A stretch of DNA of 61,309 nucleotides, the filler included, from Ferroacidibacillus organovorans (lineage in GTDB: Bacteria > Bacillota > Bacilli > Alicyclobacillales > SLC66): the NCBI RefSeq assembly GCF_001642725.1. It is 3 parts of 3 records of this genome, joined end to end, with 100 filler letters (N's around TTAATTAATTAA, not from the genome) between each part and the next. Parts side by side here need not be neighbours in the genome. Positions count along the whole stretch, not along the records: positions 1 to 20,723 come from NZ_LSUQ01000044.1; positions 20,824 to 41,171 come from NZ_LSUQ01000045.1; 1 more part is not named here. The stretch is one strand, 5' to 3'. Shown piece by piece: positions 19,805 through 29,798 of the stretch. Under the pieces are notes generated by a model that saw nothing but the letters and a program-made list of their open reading frames with translations, made no database searches and was not told the DNA's origin. The number at the start of each line of letters is the position of its first letter. Position 1 is the stretch's first letter. The position numbers and the translations under genes are program-made.

Positions 19805-20428
19805 ATGCTGCTCGCGGTTTTGCATGGAGCAATGCTTTCTATCGCGCTGATTCTGCCGATCGGGATGCAAAATGGTTTTCTACTGAGCCAAGGGGCGCTG
19901 CAAAAACGGTGGGTTGGCGCGCTTCCGGCACTGATTACGGCGGGGATCTGCGATACGCTTCTCGTGGGTTTGGCTGTTTTTGGCGTGTCGGCGGTGGCAC
20001 TTCACATCGTGTGGCTGCGCGATGCGTTCGGCGCTGTGGGCGTCCTTTTCTTGCTGTACATGGGGTGGGGGACATGGCGCGATCGGACGAAGGTTCATCC
20101 GGATCAATCGGCATCCGCCTGGCCTCCTGGCAGGCAGATCAAATTCGCCGCCTCCGTATCGCTTTTGAACCCGCACGCCTTGATCGATACGCTCGCAGTC
20201 ATCGGCGGGAGCGCCTTGATGTACACATCGAGGGGTGATCGCTTGGCGTTTGGCGTAGCGTGCGCCGCCGTTTCGTGGTTCTGGTTTCTGGTTTTGGTCA
20301 CCGTCGGGCATGTCGCTGGGCGCGCGGCGGTCAGGCGCTCGTCGCTCGGGACGATCAACGCCATCTCTGCGATCATGATGTGGGCGTCGGCCGTCTACCT
20401 CAGTTACGTCATTCTCACCTTTCACTAA
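19805..20428 (+). CDS. LysE/ArgO-family amino acid exporter
   Basis: LILPIGMQNGFLL and SLLNPHALIDT motifs. Confidence 0.9.
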   Translation: MLLAVLHGAMLSIALILPIGMQNGFLLSQGALQKRWVGALPALITAGICDTLLVGLAVFGVSAVALHIVWLRDAFGAVGVLFLLYMGWGTWRDRTKVHPDQSASAWPPGRQIKFAASVSLLNPHALIDTLAVIGGSALMYTSRGDRLAFGVACAAVSWFWFLVLVTVGHVAGRAAVRRSSLGTINAISAIMMWASAVYLSYVILTFH

Positions 20429-20723
20429 CTCCCTTTCATACTGTTAAACGCGGCGCGCAGCCGCAAAATGCCATCCTCAATCTCCTCTTCGCGCGAACTC
20501 GCAAATGTCAGCCGCACGGAGCCTGGATCTGCGCCGTACGCGCGACCGGGCGTGATGACCACACCGCTTTCGATCGCTACATCTAGCAGTTTTCGATCAT
20601 CCACATCGACGTTCCATCTTCCCCACACGTGATAGCCACCAGTTGGCAGTGTGAATGCCAACCGATCGTCGAAGTACGCCTTTAGTGCGCTGGCCATGTG
20701 ATCGCGCCGCCGCAAAAGTGCAG
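20425..20723 (-). CDS. PLP-dependent aminotransferase-like / MocR C-terminus, truncated by contig end
   Basis: RRRDHM..PTGGYHVW..GVVITPG..VRLTFA motifs. Confidence 0.75.
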
Positions 20724-20823
20724 NNNNNNNNNNNNNNNNNNNNNNNNNNNNNNNNNNNNNNNNNNNNTTAATTAATTAANNNNNNNNNNNNNNNNNNNNN
20801 NNNNNNNNNNNNNNNNNNNNNNN
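20724..20823. other. Artificial contig linker (N44-TTAATTAATTAA-N44)
   Basis: Six-frame stop spacer inside an N-run. Confidence 0.97.
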
Positions 20824-20825
20824 AC

Positions 20826-22550
20826 TTAGTTCCCCGAAGCGGTCCAATACTGCATTTGCGGGAACGCCGTAGCAGCATCCAAGTACGGAAGCACATTGTG
20901 AACACTCGGCGCAGTAACCACTAATGTCGCAACATTTTGCCCCCACAGGAACGGAAGAATGTTGGCGGTGTAATTTTCATAGGCAAAGAAGTGGCTCATG
21001 GTCTGCTGACTGGTGGCATACGGGATGTGCGTCGCTTGAATCAACTTGTCTTCCTGAACGTTGCTAAACCCGGTGCCAGACGGCGCGGTTGATGCAAACA
21101 GCTGACCGCCTGTCGGATAGAATCCTGGTCCGTTGTAATCCCAGCCGGAACCCACCGCCAATTGCCACGAGTGGTTGGTTTTATCGCTCGTCGTGCTGAT
21201 AAACGAACTAAACGGCATCGGCTTTAGCGTGACGACAACGCCTTCACTCGCCCAGTCCTGCTGCATGATCTCTGCCGCGTCGGTCGATGAAGTCGTACCG
21301 CTTACGTACATCATCGTGAACTTTAATTTTTGGTTGCCTTTTGTCATGACGCCATTTTGTAGCTTCCAACCGTGCGCTTCAAGCAGTCGTTTTCCCGCCG
21401 CGAGGTTGAATGGATACGGATTTTTCGCCGCGAGGGTAGGCGAGATGAAGGTCGTTTTGGGCACGGTTGCAATCGGTCCATCAATCGGCACCGCATAGCC
21501 TTTGTAGATGTCTTTGCTAATGCCCGCGTTGTCGATTCCCATTTGCAACGCCTGACGAACGTACAGTTGGTCAAAGATGCTCTTCGATGGAGATCCAGGC
21601 CACATGTTCATTTCCGTCCAGAAGATGCCAAAGGGGTACTCAGGCGTCACGCTATCCCCCATCGAAGTGAGTGAGCCTTTCGATCCCAATTCGGATTGGT
21701 CCAAATAGCCGACGTTGATACTTCCCGTCTTGAGCGCGGCCAACTCTGCCGTGTTTGACGCTTCAAAGTTGAATACGACTTTATTGACTGTGCTCTTGTG
21801 GCCCGGGTAATTTTTGTTTGGAATAAGAACCCACGACTGACTCGGTGTGCCACTTTGCACTTTGAAAGGGCCATCAACGACCGTGTCAAACATGGGATTT
21901 GTCGCATTGGCGCCAAGGTACTTGATTTCCTGAGTGATGTTTTTGTATTTGTTCCAAACCGCAGAAGGCATAGGCGTCAATTGGATGATGCCGTTATACA
22001 TAAACCACTGCTGGTTGGCTGGTTTGTCAAGGGTAATGGTCAATTCATACTTATTATTCGCGACGACACTCTTGATGCCGTTTGGAATGTTGCCCGTTCC
22101 GGCGCCGACAAACGGCCACGGTGTAGGCGCATTCGAAGCGGACGCCGCCTTGATCACATTCCACGTAAACAGCACGTCTTGGGACGTGACAGGCTTGCCA
22201 TTGGACCATTTCCATTTCGGATTCATAAAGATGTGATAGATCGTACCCGCTGGGTTGTAGGTGATTCTGCTTGCGATCGAGGATTTCCAGTTGATCGAAT
22301 AGTTGTTATTAATCCAGAGTAGAGGCTTGTACATCTGATCTACAAATTGCGTGTTGTACACACTGTCATTTGCTGCATTGGTGACGGGAAGAAACCAGTT
22401 CAAGTTGGTCTGTGACGGAAGCGCGTATTCGATCGTTCCACCCGATTTGGCGCTCGCCGCCTTCGATGCTGCAAACGACGCTGGCGCGAGTAAAAGGCTT
22501 GTGCTTGCAACCATGGCAAGCGTGACGGCAAAAGACTTGTTGATTTTCAT
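20826..22550 (-). CDS. oppA: Peptide/nickel ABC transporter substrate-binding protein (family 5)
   Basis: KWSNGKPVTSQDVLFTW, VVDGPF and VRQAL..GID motifs; signal peptide. Confidence 0.9.
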   Translation of the reverse strand: MKINKSFAVTLAMVASTSLLLAPASFAASKAASAKSGGTIEYALPSQTNLNWFLPVTNAANDSVYNTQFVDQMYKPLLWINNNYSINWKSSIASRITYNPAGTIYHIFMNPKWKWSNGKPVTSQDVLFTWNVIKAASASNAPTPWPFVGAGTGNIPNGIKSVVANNKYELTITLDKPANQQWFMYNGIIQLTPMPSAVWNKYKNITQEIKYLGANATNPMFDTVVDGPFKVQSGTPSQSWVLIPNKNYPGHKSTVNKVVFNFEASNTAELAALKTGSINVGYLDQSELGSKGSLTSMGDSVTPEYPFGIFWTEMNMWPGSPSKSIFDQLYVRQALQMGIDNAGISKDIYKGYAVPIDGPIATVPKTTFISPTLAAKNPYPFNLAAGKRLLEAHGWKLQNGVMTKGNQKLKFTMMYVSGTTSSTDAAEIMQQDWASEGVVVTLKPMPFSSFISTTSDKTNHSWQLAVGSGWDYNGPGFYPTGGQLFASTAPSGTGFSNVQEDKLIQATHIPYATSQQTMSHFFAYENYTANILPFLWGQNVATLVVTAPSVHNVLPYLDAATAFPQMQYWTASGN

Positions 22551-22663
22551 GATTCGTTTCCCCCTTTTGAGATTTTTTCGTGCGTATGGATATACGAAAA
22601 CCTTATGTTCGACGAACGGAGCTCACGTCACGGCGTCCCCCCTTTCAAAGTGCATGTTGTGGA

Positions 22664-23659
22664 TCATGCTTGTTGAAAGACTTCAGAAGAAGGTTCTGCA
22701 AAATGGCACGCCGCAAAATGATCTTCGGCGACCTCTCGCCATTCAGGCACATCGTGTCTGCACACGTCCTGCGCCAATGGGCACCGCGTGTGAAAGACAC
22801 AGCCAGACGGTGGATGGGCAGGACTCGGCAAATCGCCTTGCAGAATGGTTCGCACGCGGCGCGCGCGGGGGTTTGGTATGGGCACTGCTGATAACAGCGC
22901 GCGTGTATAGGGATGAACAGGCTGGGAAAAGAGTTTATCAGAGGATGCCAGTTCTGCCATTCGGCCAAGGTACATGACAAGCACCCGATTGCTGATGTGC
23001 TTGACGACAGACAGATCGTGCGCAATAAACATGTAGGTGAGGTTGAACTCTTTTTGTAGATCTTCCAAGAGATTGATGACTTGTGATTGCACGGATACAT
23101 CGAGTGCGGCAACCGGTTCGTCAAGAATGATCAGCTTTGGATTCAGGATGAGTGCGCGCGCGATTCCGATGCGCTGCCTTTGACCACCCGAGAACTCATG
23201 CGGGTACCGACTTGCATAGGAAGGGTCGAGCCCTACGCGCTGGAGGATGGAGTAGACGCGCTGTCTTCGCGTGGCAGGATCGTAGAGTTGATGCACCTCC
23301 AGGGGCTCGGAGAGCGTTTGAAAGATGGTATAGCGAGGATTCAGCGAGGCGTATGGATCTTGAAAAACAATTTGCATTTCTCGGCGCATCGTGCGCATCT
23401 GCGCTTTGTTCAGCGCGAGAATATTTTTTCCCTCGAATTTTACTACGCCGTGTGTCGGCTCAATCAAGCGAAGAATGCTGCGTCCCATCGTCGATTTGCC
23501 GCAGCCTGATTCGCCCACAACTCCGATGGTCTCACCCGTTTGAATTTGTAGGGAGATCCCATCCACCGCGCGCACGCTGCCGTTTACCGTGTGTAAAAAG
23601 CCTTTTCGCAGTGGGAAGTGCTTCTTCAAATTGTTGATTTCTAACAAAACATCACTCAT
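22664..23659 (-). CDS. oppF: Oligopeptide ABC ATP-binding protein
   Basis: [24 protein letters not shown] and C-terminal GCVFHTRCP motifs. Confidence 0.92.
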   Translation of the reverse strand: MSDVLLEINNLKKHFPLRKGFLHTVNGSVRAVDGISLQIQTGETIGVVGESGCGKSTMGRSILRLIEPTHGVVKFEGKNILALNKAQMRTMRREMQIVFQDPYASLNPRYTIFQTLSEPLEVHQLYDPATRRQRVYSILQRVGLDPSYASRYPHEFSGGQRQRIGIARALILNPKLIILDEPVAALDVSVQSQVINLLEDLQKEFNLTYMFIAHDLSVVKHISNRVLVMYLGRMAELASSDKLFSQPVHPYTRALLSAVPIPNPRARRVRTILQGDLPSPAHPPSGCVFHTRCPLAQDVCRHDVPEWREVAEDHFAACHFAEPSSEVFQQA

Positions 23660-24636
23660 GCGTTCGCCTCCTTCGGTTTGCTCAACCAGCAACGAGACGT
23701 ATGTTCTTCTCCAACGTCAAAGAGTTCGGGCGACTCCGTTTTGCATTGTTCCATTGCGTTCGCGCACCGAGGAGCGAATCGACATCCCTTTGGCATGCGC
23801 GACAGGGAGGGAACATTTCCCTCGATCGGCTGCAATCGCTCTTTGGTCACGGCATCGATTTTCGGGATGGCATTCAGCAGTCCCTTCGTATACGGATGAT
23901 TCGGCGCAAAAAAAATGTCATCGACGCTGCCTTGTTCGACAATTTCGCCAGCGTACATGACCGCGACCCGATCGCACATCTCAGCGACCACGCCTAAATC
24001 GTGCGTAATCAAAAGGACGGACGTACCATAGTCGGACGATAATGTTCTCATGAGCTCCAAAATTTGCGCCTGAATGGTCACATCAAGGGCCGTCGTAGGT
24101 TCATCCGCAATCAGAAGGTTTGGATTACAGACCATTGCAATCGCGATCATGACCCGTTGGCGCATGCCGCCCGAGAGTTGATGCGGGTATTCATCCATTA
24201 TCTCGTTTGGGCGAGCAATCCCCACTTTTCGCAACATCTCAAGAGCCTGTTGAAACGCGTCGCGCGCCGACAGCTTTTTGTGCAGTCGCAGCGACTCTGA
24301 GATTTGTGCGCCAATTTTATACACCGGATTCAGCGATGTCATCGGTTCTTGGAAAATCATGCTCACTTCATTTCCGCGAACTTGTCGCATTTCGCGATCC
24401 GACAGTTTCAACAAATTCCGACCGCTGTAGTGAACATTTCCATGTACTTTTGCGAGTTTAGACAATAAGCGTACCAACGCCAGCGAAGTAACACTCTTAC
24501 CGCATCCTGACTCTCCGACAAGGCCGAACGTCTCACCCGCTTTTATATGAAATGAGACGTCGCGCACAGCGTAAAAATCATTTCCGTTAACGCAAAATTC
24601 AACGCTTAGTGACTCAACATCCAATACGTTCGACAA
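23656..24636 (-). CDS. oppD: Oligopeptide ABC ATP-binding protein
   Basis: [24 protein letters not shown] and GCRFAPRC motifs. Confidence 0.92.
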   Translation of the reverse strand: MSNVLDVESLSVEFCVNGNDFYAVRDVSFHIKAGETFGLVGESGCGKSVTSLALVRLLSKLAKVHGNVHYSGRNLLKLSDREMRQVRGNEVSMIFQEPMTSLNPVYKIGAQISESLRLHKKLSARDAFQQALEMLRKVGIARPNEIMDEYPHQLSGGMRQRVMIAIAMVCNPNLLIADEPTTALDVTIQAQILELMRTLSSDYGTSVLLITHDLGVVAEMCDRVAVMYAGEIVEQGSVDDIFFAPNHPYTKGLLNAIPKIDAVTKERLQPIEGNVPSLSRMPKGCRFAPRCANAMEQCKTESPELFDVGEEHTSRCWLSKPKEANA

Positions 24637-24894
24637 TGTTACGCCCCCAAGGGTTTAGCAACTTCCATTGCACACTTGTTCCTCCATACATCCACGCTCA
24701 TTCAGCGATGCGTAATTATGCCGAATACGCGAAAATAAACGACTGAATGAAATAATACGTTTAAATAAATCATCAATACAGTTGGATTATAAGCGCTTGT
24801 ATGATTTGTGTAAATAGATGATTTCTTTACTAGATTAACTCGCTGAAGAGCACCGTGCATCCCTTTTACACTGATTCATTTGGGGTCTATACAC

Positions 24895-24926
24895 GAAAAG
24901 GTGATCTCAAAAGAGATCACCTTTTC
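24895..24926 (-). terminator. Intrinsic terminator
   Basis: 14-bp perfect stem GAAAAGGTGATCTC/GAGATCACCTTTTC with a 4-nt loop. Confidence 0.8.
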
Positions 24927-24940
24927 TAAAATGGCTTGTT

Positions 24941-25056
24941 ATGCGAATGCACTGCAACCCTTTCTACCTTACCCGAGAAATCGATCGGCTGAATAGGGCA
25001 TCCCCTTATTCACGGCCGCATGATGGTGGATGGCTCGGCAGACTACAGCGACGCAT
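24941..25056 (-). ncRNA. Candidate rod-like structured RNA of unknown family
   Basis: Nested pairings ATGCG/CGCAT, CGCUGUAG/UUGCAGUG (G-U pairs on the minus strand), CCGAG/CTCGG and CGGC-TGAATA-GGG/CCC-TATTCA-GCCG, followed by a terminator. Confidence 0.35.
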
Positions 25057-25067
25057 CAGTAAAGATC

Positions 25068-25832
25068 TTATGCTTCATTCCAATTCCCTTGTTCTGACCT
25101 TCGAGGTGAAGATATCCGCATCAGCAACGTAGACGATACGACGACGACGGCAACGATTGCGATCGGCAGCCAAACTGCCTGCAGATGCCACATCGCGATA
25201 AGCCCTCCGCACAGTGCAGCTCCCACACCATAGGCTAGAATCACCATCGCCCACATCGACAATGCAAGCGGCGATATCTGATTTTCCGGTTGTTGACTGT
25301 CTTTTGCGTTCGGCGTGAATCCAAATCGCTGACCGATCTTCCATACAGAGATTTCCACGAGCCCAGTTATCGTACTGGTGATCACGGTCGTCGTCACCCC
25401 ATTCACGCCGACTCGTCGGGCCGTGACGCCTTGCAAGCCCATGGCGAATGCGAGAACCATCACCAACAGTTGTTTAAAATGGGTATCCAAAACGTATGGC
25501 AGTTGGCTGAGAATAGAGAACAGAACAAGTGCGGCCAGCTCGACGGTCGTCACGACGGATGCATTGGGAGTCCAACCGGATCCTTTTCGTGTCTGTCGAA
25601 AGATGACGGCAGCCACTGCGGCGCCCAACATGAAGCCTAGCAAGGCGGATGCGTAGTTGAGCGGATTGAGCTTATCCAAGTGGCTCAAAGCTAGGCCAAA
25701 TAATACGGTGTTGCCTGTCATCGCGGCGGTAAAAACTTGACCAAGAAGCAGAAAGCTGATGGCATCGACACACCCTGAAGTCGCAGTGAGGAGTACGAGC
25801 ATCGTGTTGTGCATGGCTGGCCTGGAGGACAT
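25068..25832 (-). CDS. YoaK / DUF1275 membrane protein
   Basis: GCVDAISF, FTAAMTGN, AMGLQ and TTTVITST motifs. Confidence 0.88.
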   Translation of the reverse strand: MSSRPAMHNTMLVLLTATSGCVDAISFLLLGQVFTAAMTGNTVLFGLALSHLDKLNPLNYASALLGFMLGAAVAAVIFRQTRKGSGWTPNASVVTTVELAALVLFSILSQLPYVLDTHFKQLLVMVLAFAMGLQGVTARRVGVNGVTTTVITSTITGLVEISVWKIGQRFGFTPNAKDSQQPENQISPLALSMWAMVILAYGVGAALCGGLIAMWHLQAVWLPIAIVAVVVVSSTLLMRISSPRRSEQGNWNEA

Positions 25833-26102
25833 GTCATCAATCCTTTTTTCGAACTTCCAAAATTAACATCTAATATAATGTATACTAGTTGTCAAATTCT
25901 TTAAATGCACTGAGCACGAGTTCTGGTCTGATCCATCTCTTCATCAGAACTAAATAACCAAATGTGCCGCTTTCCTTGCAGTACCATAAGTCACTGACTG
26001 GCGTTGTGTATCGCTTTGCTCTAAGATGAATGTTCAAGTGTTATAAGCCAAGATTCATTCGATTATCGTTCAGGATTGACACCACTGTGACCTATAACTT
26101 CA

Positions 26103-26975
26103 TTATATCTGCAGCACCTCATTCTTTTTTGGCTTCGGCCAATTTACGAGGAATATTCCTACAAATATGAATAGCCCCCCCAAGAGAACCGGCCATCGAA
26201 TAGGTTCGCCAAGAATCAACCAACCAGACAATACACCAAAAAACGGGGCGAGAAACAGAAACGCACTCGTTTTTCCGGGATCTCCGTTTTGTAAAAGATA
26301 AAACCAAATGGCAAATTGAACAATTGACGCCATCACGGCGAGCCATACCAAGATAGAGATCGATGAGATATTTATCTCAATGTGAGGTCGCTCAATAGTC
26401 ACACTGCCAAGCAGGAGTAGCAATCCGCCAACGAACATTTGATATGCCGTCAGAACCCATGTGTCGATACGGGGACCCCAACGCTTGATGAGCAATGTGG
26501 CGATCGCCCAAGATACGGCGCCTAAGAAACCTAACCACGTGCCAAAGCGAAGATGCAAATGAAATCCAAGTGTCACGAAAACCCCGAGAAAGCCAAAGAC
26601 CACCCCAACCCACTGAACAAAGCGGTAGCGATTTCCTACAAAAAGCGTTCCAAAAATGACGACTAGCAGCGGGTTCATAAATGTGAGAATTGACGATTCA
26701 CTCGCTGTGATGGTGCGGAGGCTGATAAAAATGCAGCCCATAACCCCTGCAGTTTGAAACAGTCCAATCACGGCCATCTGTAACCACCCGATCACTGTTT
26801 TCGGGTGCTGGCGTCTTGCCACAAACAGAGACATGAGCATGCCCGCCAACGTGAATCGAATACCTACTAATAGGAGCGGTGATACATATTCCAAGCCAAT
26901 CTTACCAACTGCAAAAGAAGACCCCATTAAGGCAGTAGTGATAAGAACAAGGAGCCCATATAAAAATCGATTCAT
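26103..26975 (-). CDS. DMT/EamA transporter
   Basis: Two EamA repeats with RFTLAG and FLFLAPFF..LGE motifs. Confidence 0.9.
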   Translation of the reverse strand: MNRFLYGLLVLITTALMGSSFAVGKIGLEYVSPLLLVGIRFTLAGMLMSLFVARRQHPKTVIGWLQMAVIGLFQTAGVMGCIFISLRTITASESSILTFMNPLLVVIFGTLFVGNRYRFVQWVGVVFGFLGVFVTLGFHLHLRFGTWLGFLGAVSWAIATLLIKRWGPRIDTWVLTAYQMFVGGLLLLLGSVTIERPHIEINISSISILVWLAVMASIVQFAIWFYLLQNGDPGKTSAFLFLAPFFGVLSGWLILGEPIRWPVLLGGLFIFVGIFLVNWPKPKKNEVLQI

Positions 26976-27284
26976 AATTTACGCCCCTTCTTTTTCAGTG
27001 CCTGAGCGTATGTTCTTGCAACCCATCCATCGTACCCATCGATTCGCCATTCCGGTCAATATCCACCAAATATGCCCTTGCTGCGGCATACGCCCGTTCG
27101 CATAGCACACGCACAACATTTTCAGCCTCCACGATGGATTCATACTCAACACCATGATAGCGAAGATTGCGTCACGACGATAGATTTATGATTGAATATT
27201 AATGATTGCAATCTCGCTATATACATATAACTAGGGTAATATTACTCAAGTTACGCATCCGTGGATAAACGAAGAAGAGAGACC

Positions 27285-28226
27285 TTACTCCGTCGGGGAT
27301 TGGTTGAACAATCGAATTGTCAACACGAGCGCTGTAACGATCCAAATTCCCCAAAATGCCCAAACCCATCCCGCCATAAATAAATAGTGTGCAGCCGAGT
27401 CAAATCCAATTTGCACCGGATTACCACCTATGCTCGAACTCGTTCCCGTGAACTTTAAGGGGGACAGCGCCTTCAGCCACGCGAAAGGATCTGCTAAGGC
27501 AGGAGGGATTTTCGGATCACTTATCGAAACACCGAAGAATGGGCTTGATGCATTGTACCCCACTATTTTATCGAGAATTGACGCGATGGCAAAAGGTAAA
27601 AAGAGACTTGCAATCGCCAAGACTGCGCCAGGAATCCAGAAGGTTACAACCGATGTAAAAAGAAACGCGGTGATCAAGGCGACGAGCATGCCTAGACTGT
27701 TTGTAATCCACCAGCCGATTACGACATCCCATGACAGAGGGGCCCCTGCCCATGCGTTCAAGAAGACGGTGATGCCTCCGCGCAAGAGTTGAATTCCGAG
27801 GACGATGGCGAACCCTAAACCGATTTTAGAAAAGATCGTTTCCGTCCGTTTGATAGGGACTTTTCGTGCGATGTACTGCAAATCGACTACTCTATCTTTG
27901 GCCCATAGAATGACGCCGAGAGCCAGCGCGATCAACGCCCATGAGACGCTGATGGACGGGTCGGAATAAGGGTGAATAGCTGAGATAGGCGCTAAAGCTC
28001 TGGAATGCGGATAGGTGAATCCGTAAATCGCCGGAACCAGTGCATACCAAAAAACGCTCTCGGCGCGATTCTGACCCGTATGATAGAAAACTGACAGTAG
28101 ATTGAAAATCGGCCCAACCATCAAGACGAGCCCGACCCCGAGCAGCCAAGTACGATAGGTTTGCCATTCGCGAAATCGCGGCGCGCTGTTTTGCTTAAAG
28201 TAGGAGTGAATCACGGGTATACCCAT
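27285..28226 (-). CDS. ABC-2-type permease-like membrane protein, possibly partial
   Basis: Multi-TM protein with a VPIKRTETIFSK loop typical of ABC exporter permeases; no ATPase partner nearby. Confidence 0.5.
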   Translation of the reverse strand: MGIPVIHSYFKQNSAPRFREWQTYRTWLLGVGLVLMVGPIFNLLSVFYHTGQNRAESVFWYALVPAIYGFTYPHSRALAPISAIHPYSDPSISVSWALIALALGVILWAKDRVVDLQYIARKVPIKRTETIFSKIGLGFAIVLGIQLLRGGITVFLNAWAGAPLSWDVVIGWWITNSLGMLVALITAFLFTSVVTFWIPGAVLAIASLFLPFAIASILDKIVGYNASSPFFGVSISDPKIPPALADPFAWLKALSPLKFTGTSSSIGGNPVQIGFDSAAHYLFMAGWVWAFWGIWIVTALVLTIRLFNQSPTE

Positions 28227-28379
28227 CCTTTTTGTTCATCTAGCGCTCGCAATCTGCGTAGATCATTGATCTCCTTATCCTTTATTATTACCTTATCACC
28301 TGAGAAAGGATAGATGTTCAGGTGCATGCCCATTTTAAATCCAATAAATTTTCGCATCATGGACGAGAGGTGAAGGATC

Positions 28380-29072
28380 ATGTGTGGACGTTACTCTTTT
28401 GTATCTTCAACGGAATTGCTAAAAGACACATTTGATCTTCAGCATATGGAATTATTCCAAAACCCTCGCTATAACATTGCCCCAGGCCAGTTCATCATGG
28501 CCATCGTTCAGTCAGACGATCACCGGACACTCACCTTTTGGAAATGGGGGCTCATTCCGTTTTGGGCAAAAGAGAACCACGCCACGTATTCATCTTTTAA
28601 CGCAAAGTCTGAAACCGTATTTGATAAACCCATGTTTCGCGTTCCTGTCCGAAAGCAACGCTGCCTCATTCCGGCAGATGGCTTTTACGAGTGGAAAAGA
28701 ACCGGAAAAACAAAGCAACCTATGCGTATTGTCGTGACGGATCGGCCCGTTTTTGCATTCGCTGGAATCTTTGATGTATGGCGTGATAAGGAAGGAAATA
28801 CCCTTCACACGGTGTCGATTCTTACAACAAGTCCAAATGCGTTGATGCAAGACATCCATGATCGTATGCCGGTCATTTTACCTCCCGAATCCGAAGCAAC
28901 CTGGCTTAACCCTACCATTCAAGATCGCGCAGTACTTGAACCCTTACTAATCCCCTACCCTGCAGATCAAATGCGCGCCTTCCCAGTCGCAAGCATGGTC
29001 AACAATGCCAAAAATGATGTATTGGCATGCGTCGAACCTTTATCTATCGAACAACCCCCGTTTTTTGATTAA
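28380..29072 (+). CDS. SOS response-associated peptidase (SRAP/YedK/HMCES)
   Basis: MCGRY, RYNIAP, WGLIP, DGFYEW and IHDRMP motifs. Confidence 0.95.
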   Translation: MCGRYSFVSSTELLKDTFDLQHMELFQNPRYNIAPGQFIMAIVQSDDHRTLTFWKWGLIPFWAKENHATYSSFNAKSETVFDKPMFRVPVRKQRCLIPADGFYEWKRTGKTKQPMRIVVTDRPVFAFAGIFDVWRDKEGNTLHTVSILTTSPNALMQDIHDRMPVILPPESEATWLNPTIQDRAVLEPLLIPYPADQMRAFPVASMVNNAKNDVLACVEPLSIEQPPFFD

Positions 29073-29156
29073 TATCGATTATTACGACACATCAGCATAA
29101 TAATACGCAACAACAACGTTTGAATTGTGGGTACTGACTAAGAAAGGTGGCGCTTA

Positions 29157-29702
29157 TTGATGAGACTCTACTCTGACAATCTAATCTTGAGACCATTTGA
29201 ACTTGAAGATGCACACATAGTAGGATTATTGGCTGGCGACTACGAAATAGCAAAGACTACGCAAAATATTCCGCATCCATATCCAAAAGGTGCCGCCGAG
29301 GCTTTTATAAAACGCTCGCATGAAACCACCAAAGAAGGCACTCATCATGATTTTGCAATCATTCGTAAACACGACAATGAATTGGTCGGGGCGATTGCCC
29401 TTGGTATCACCCCTAGGTACAAACGAGCGGAAATGGGATATTGGACGGGTAAACCATATTGGGGGCAGGGCTACATGACAGAAGCGGCACGCAGGCTTCT
29501 TAAATTCGGATTTGAAGAACTTGATTTGAATCGTATTTATGCGTTCGCGTTCACTTCAAACCCCGCGTCTTCAAAAGTTATGAAGAAAATCGGGATGACT
29601 TATGAAGGAACCCTTGTTCAACACGTTCTCAAGTGGGATCAATATCACGATTTGGATGCCTACGGGATACTGAGTCAGACCTATCAAAAGCTCCAAGGTT
29701 AA
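29157..29702 (+). CDS. GNAT acetyltransferase (RimJ/RimL family)
   Basis: IPHPYP, AEMGYWTGKPYWGQGYMTEA and NPASSKVMKKIGM motifs. Confidence 0.9.
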   Translation: MMRLYSDNLILRPFELEDAHIVGLLAGDYEIAKTTQNIPHPYPKGAAEAFIKRSHETTKEGTHHDFAIIRKHDNELVGAIALGITPRYKRAEMGYWTGKPYWGQGYMTEAARRLLKFGFEELDLNRIYAFAFTSNPASSKVMKKIGMTYEGTLVQHVLKWDQYHDLDAYGILSQTYQKLQG

Positions 29703-29798
29703 CCCATCTGCAGTCTTTAATTTTTAATAGTTTTGGGAGGGATATCTGTGATTCGATTTGCAGATGTTTCATCGGTTCATGAAACTAGGGGGAATGGT

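Noticed and set aside
20768..20779. Palindromic TTAATTAATTAA repeated at 41216-41227
   Set aside because: It is an artificial six-frame-stop linker inside N-runs, not biology, so no synteny is inferred across it.
20826..24636. opp operon apparently lacking permease genes
   Set aside because: The operon runs into the contig end, so oppBC probably lie beyond the gap.
26980..27160. Short open frames upstream of the EamA gene
   Set aside because: No convincing start, RBS or family motif; at most a remnant.
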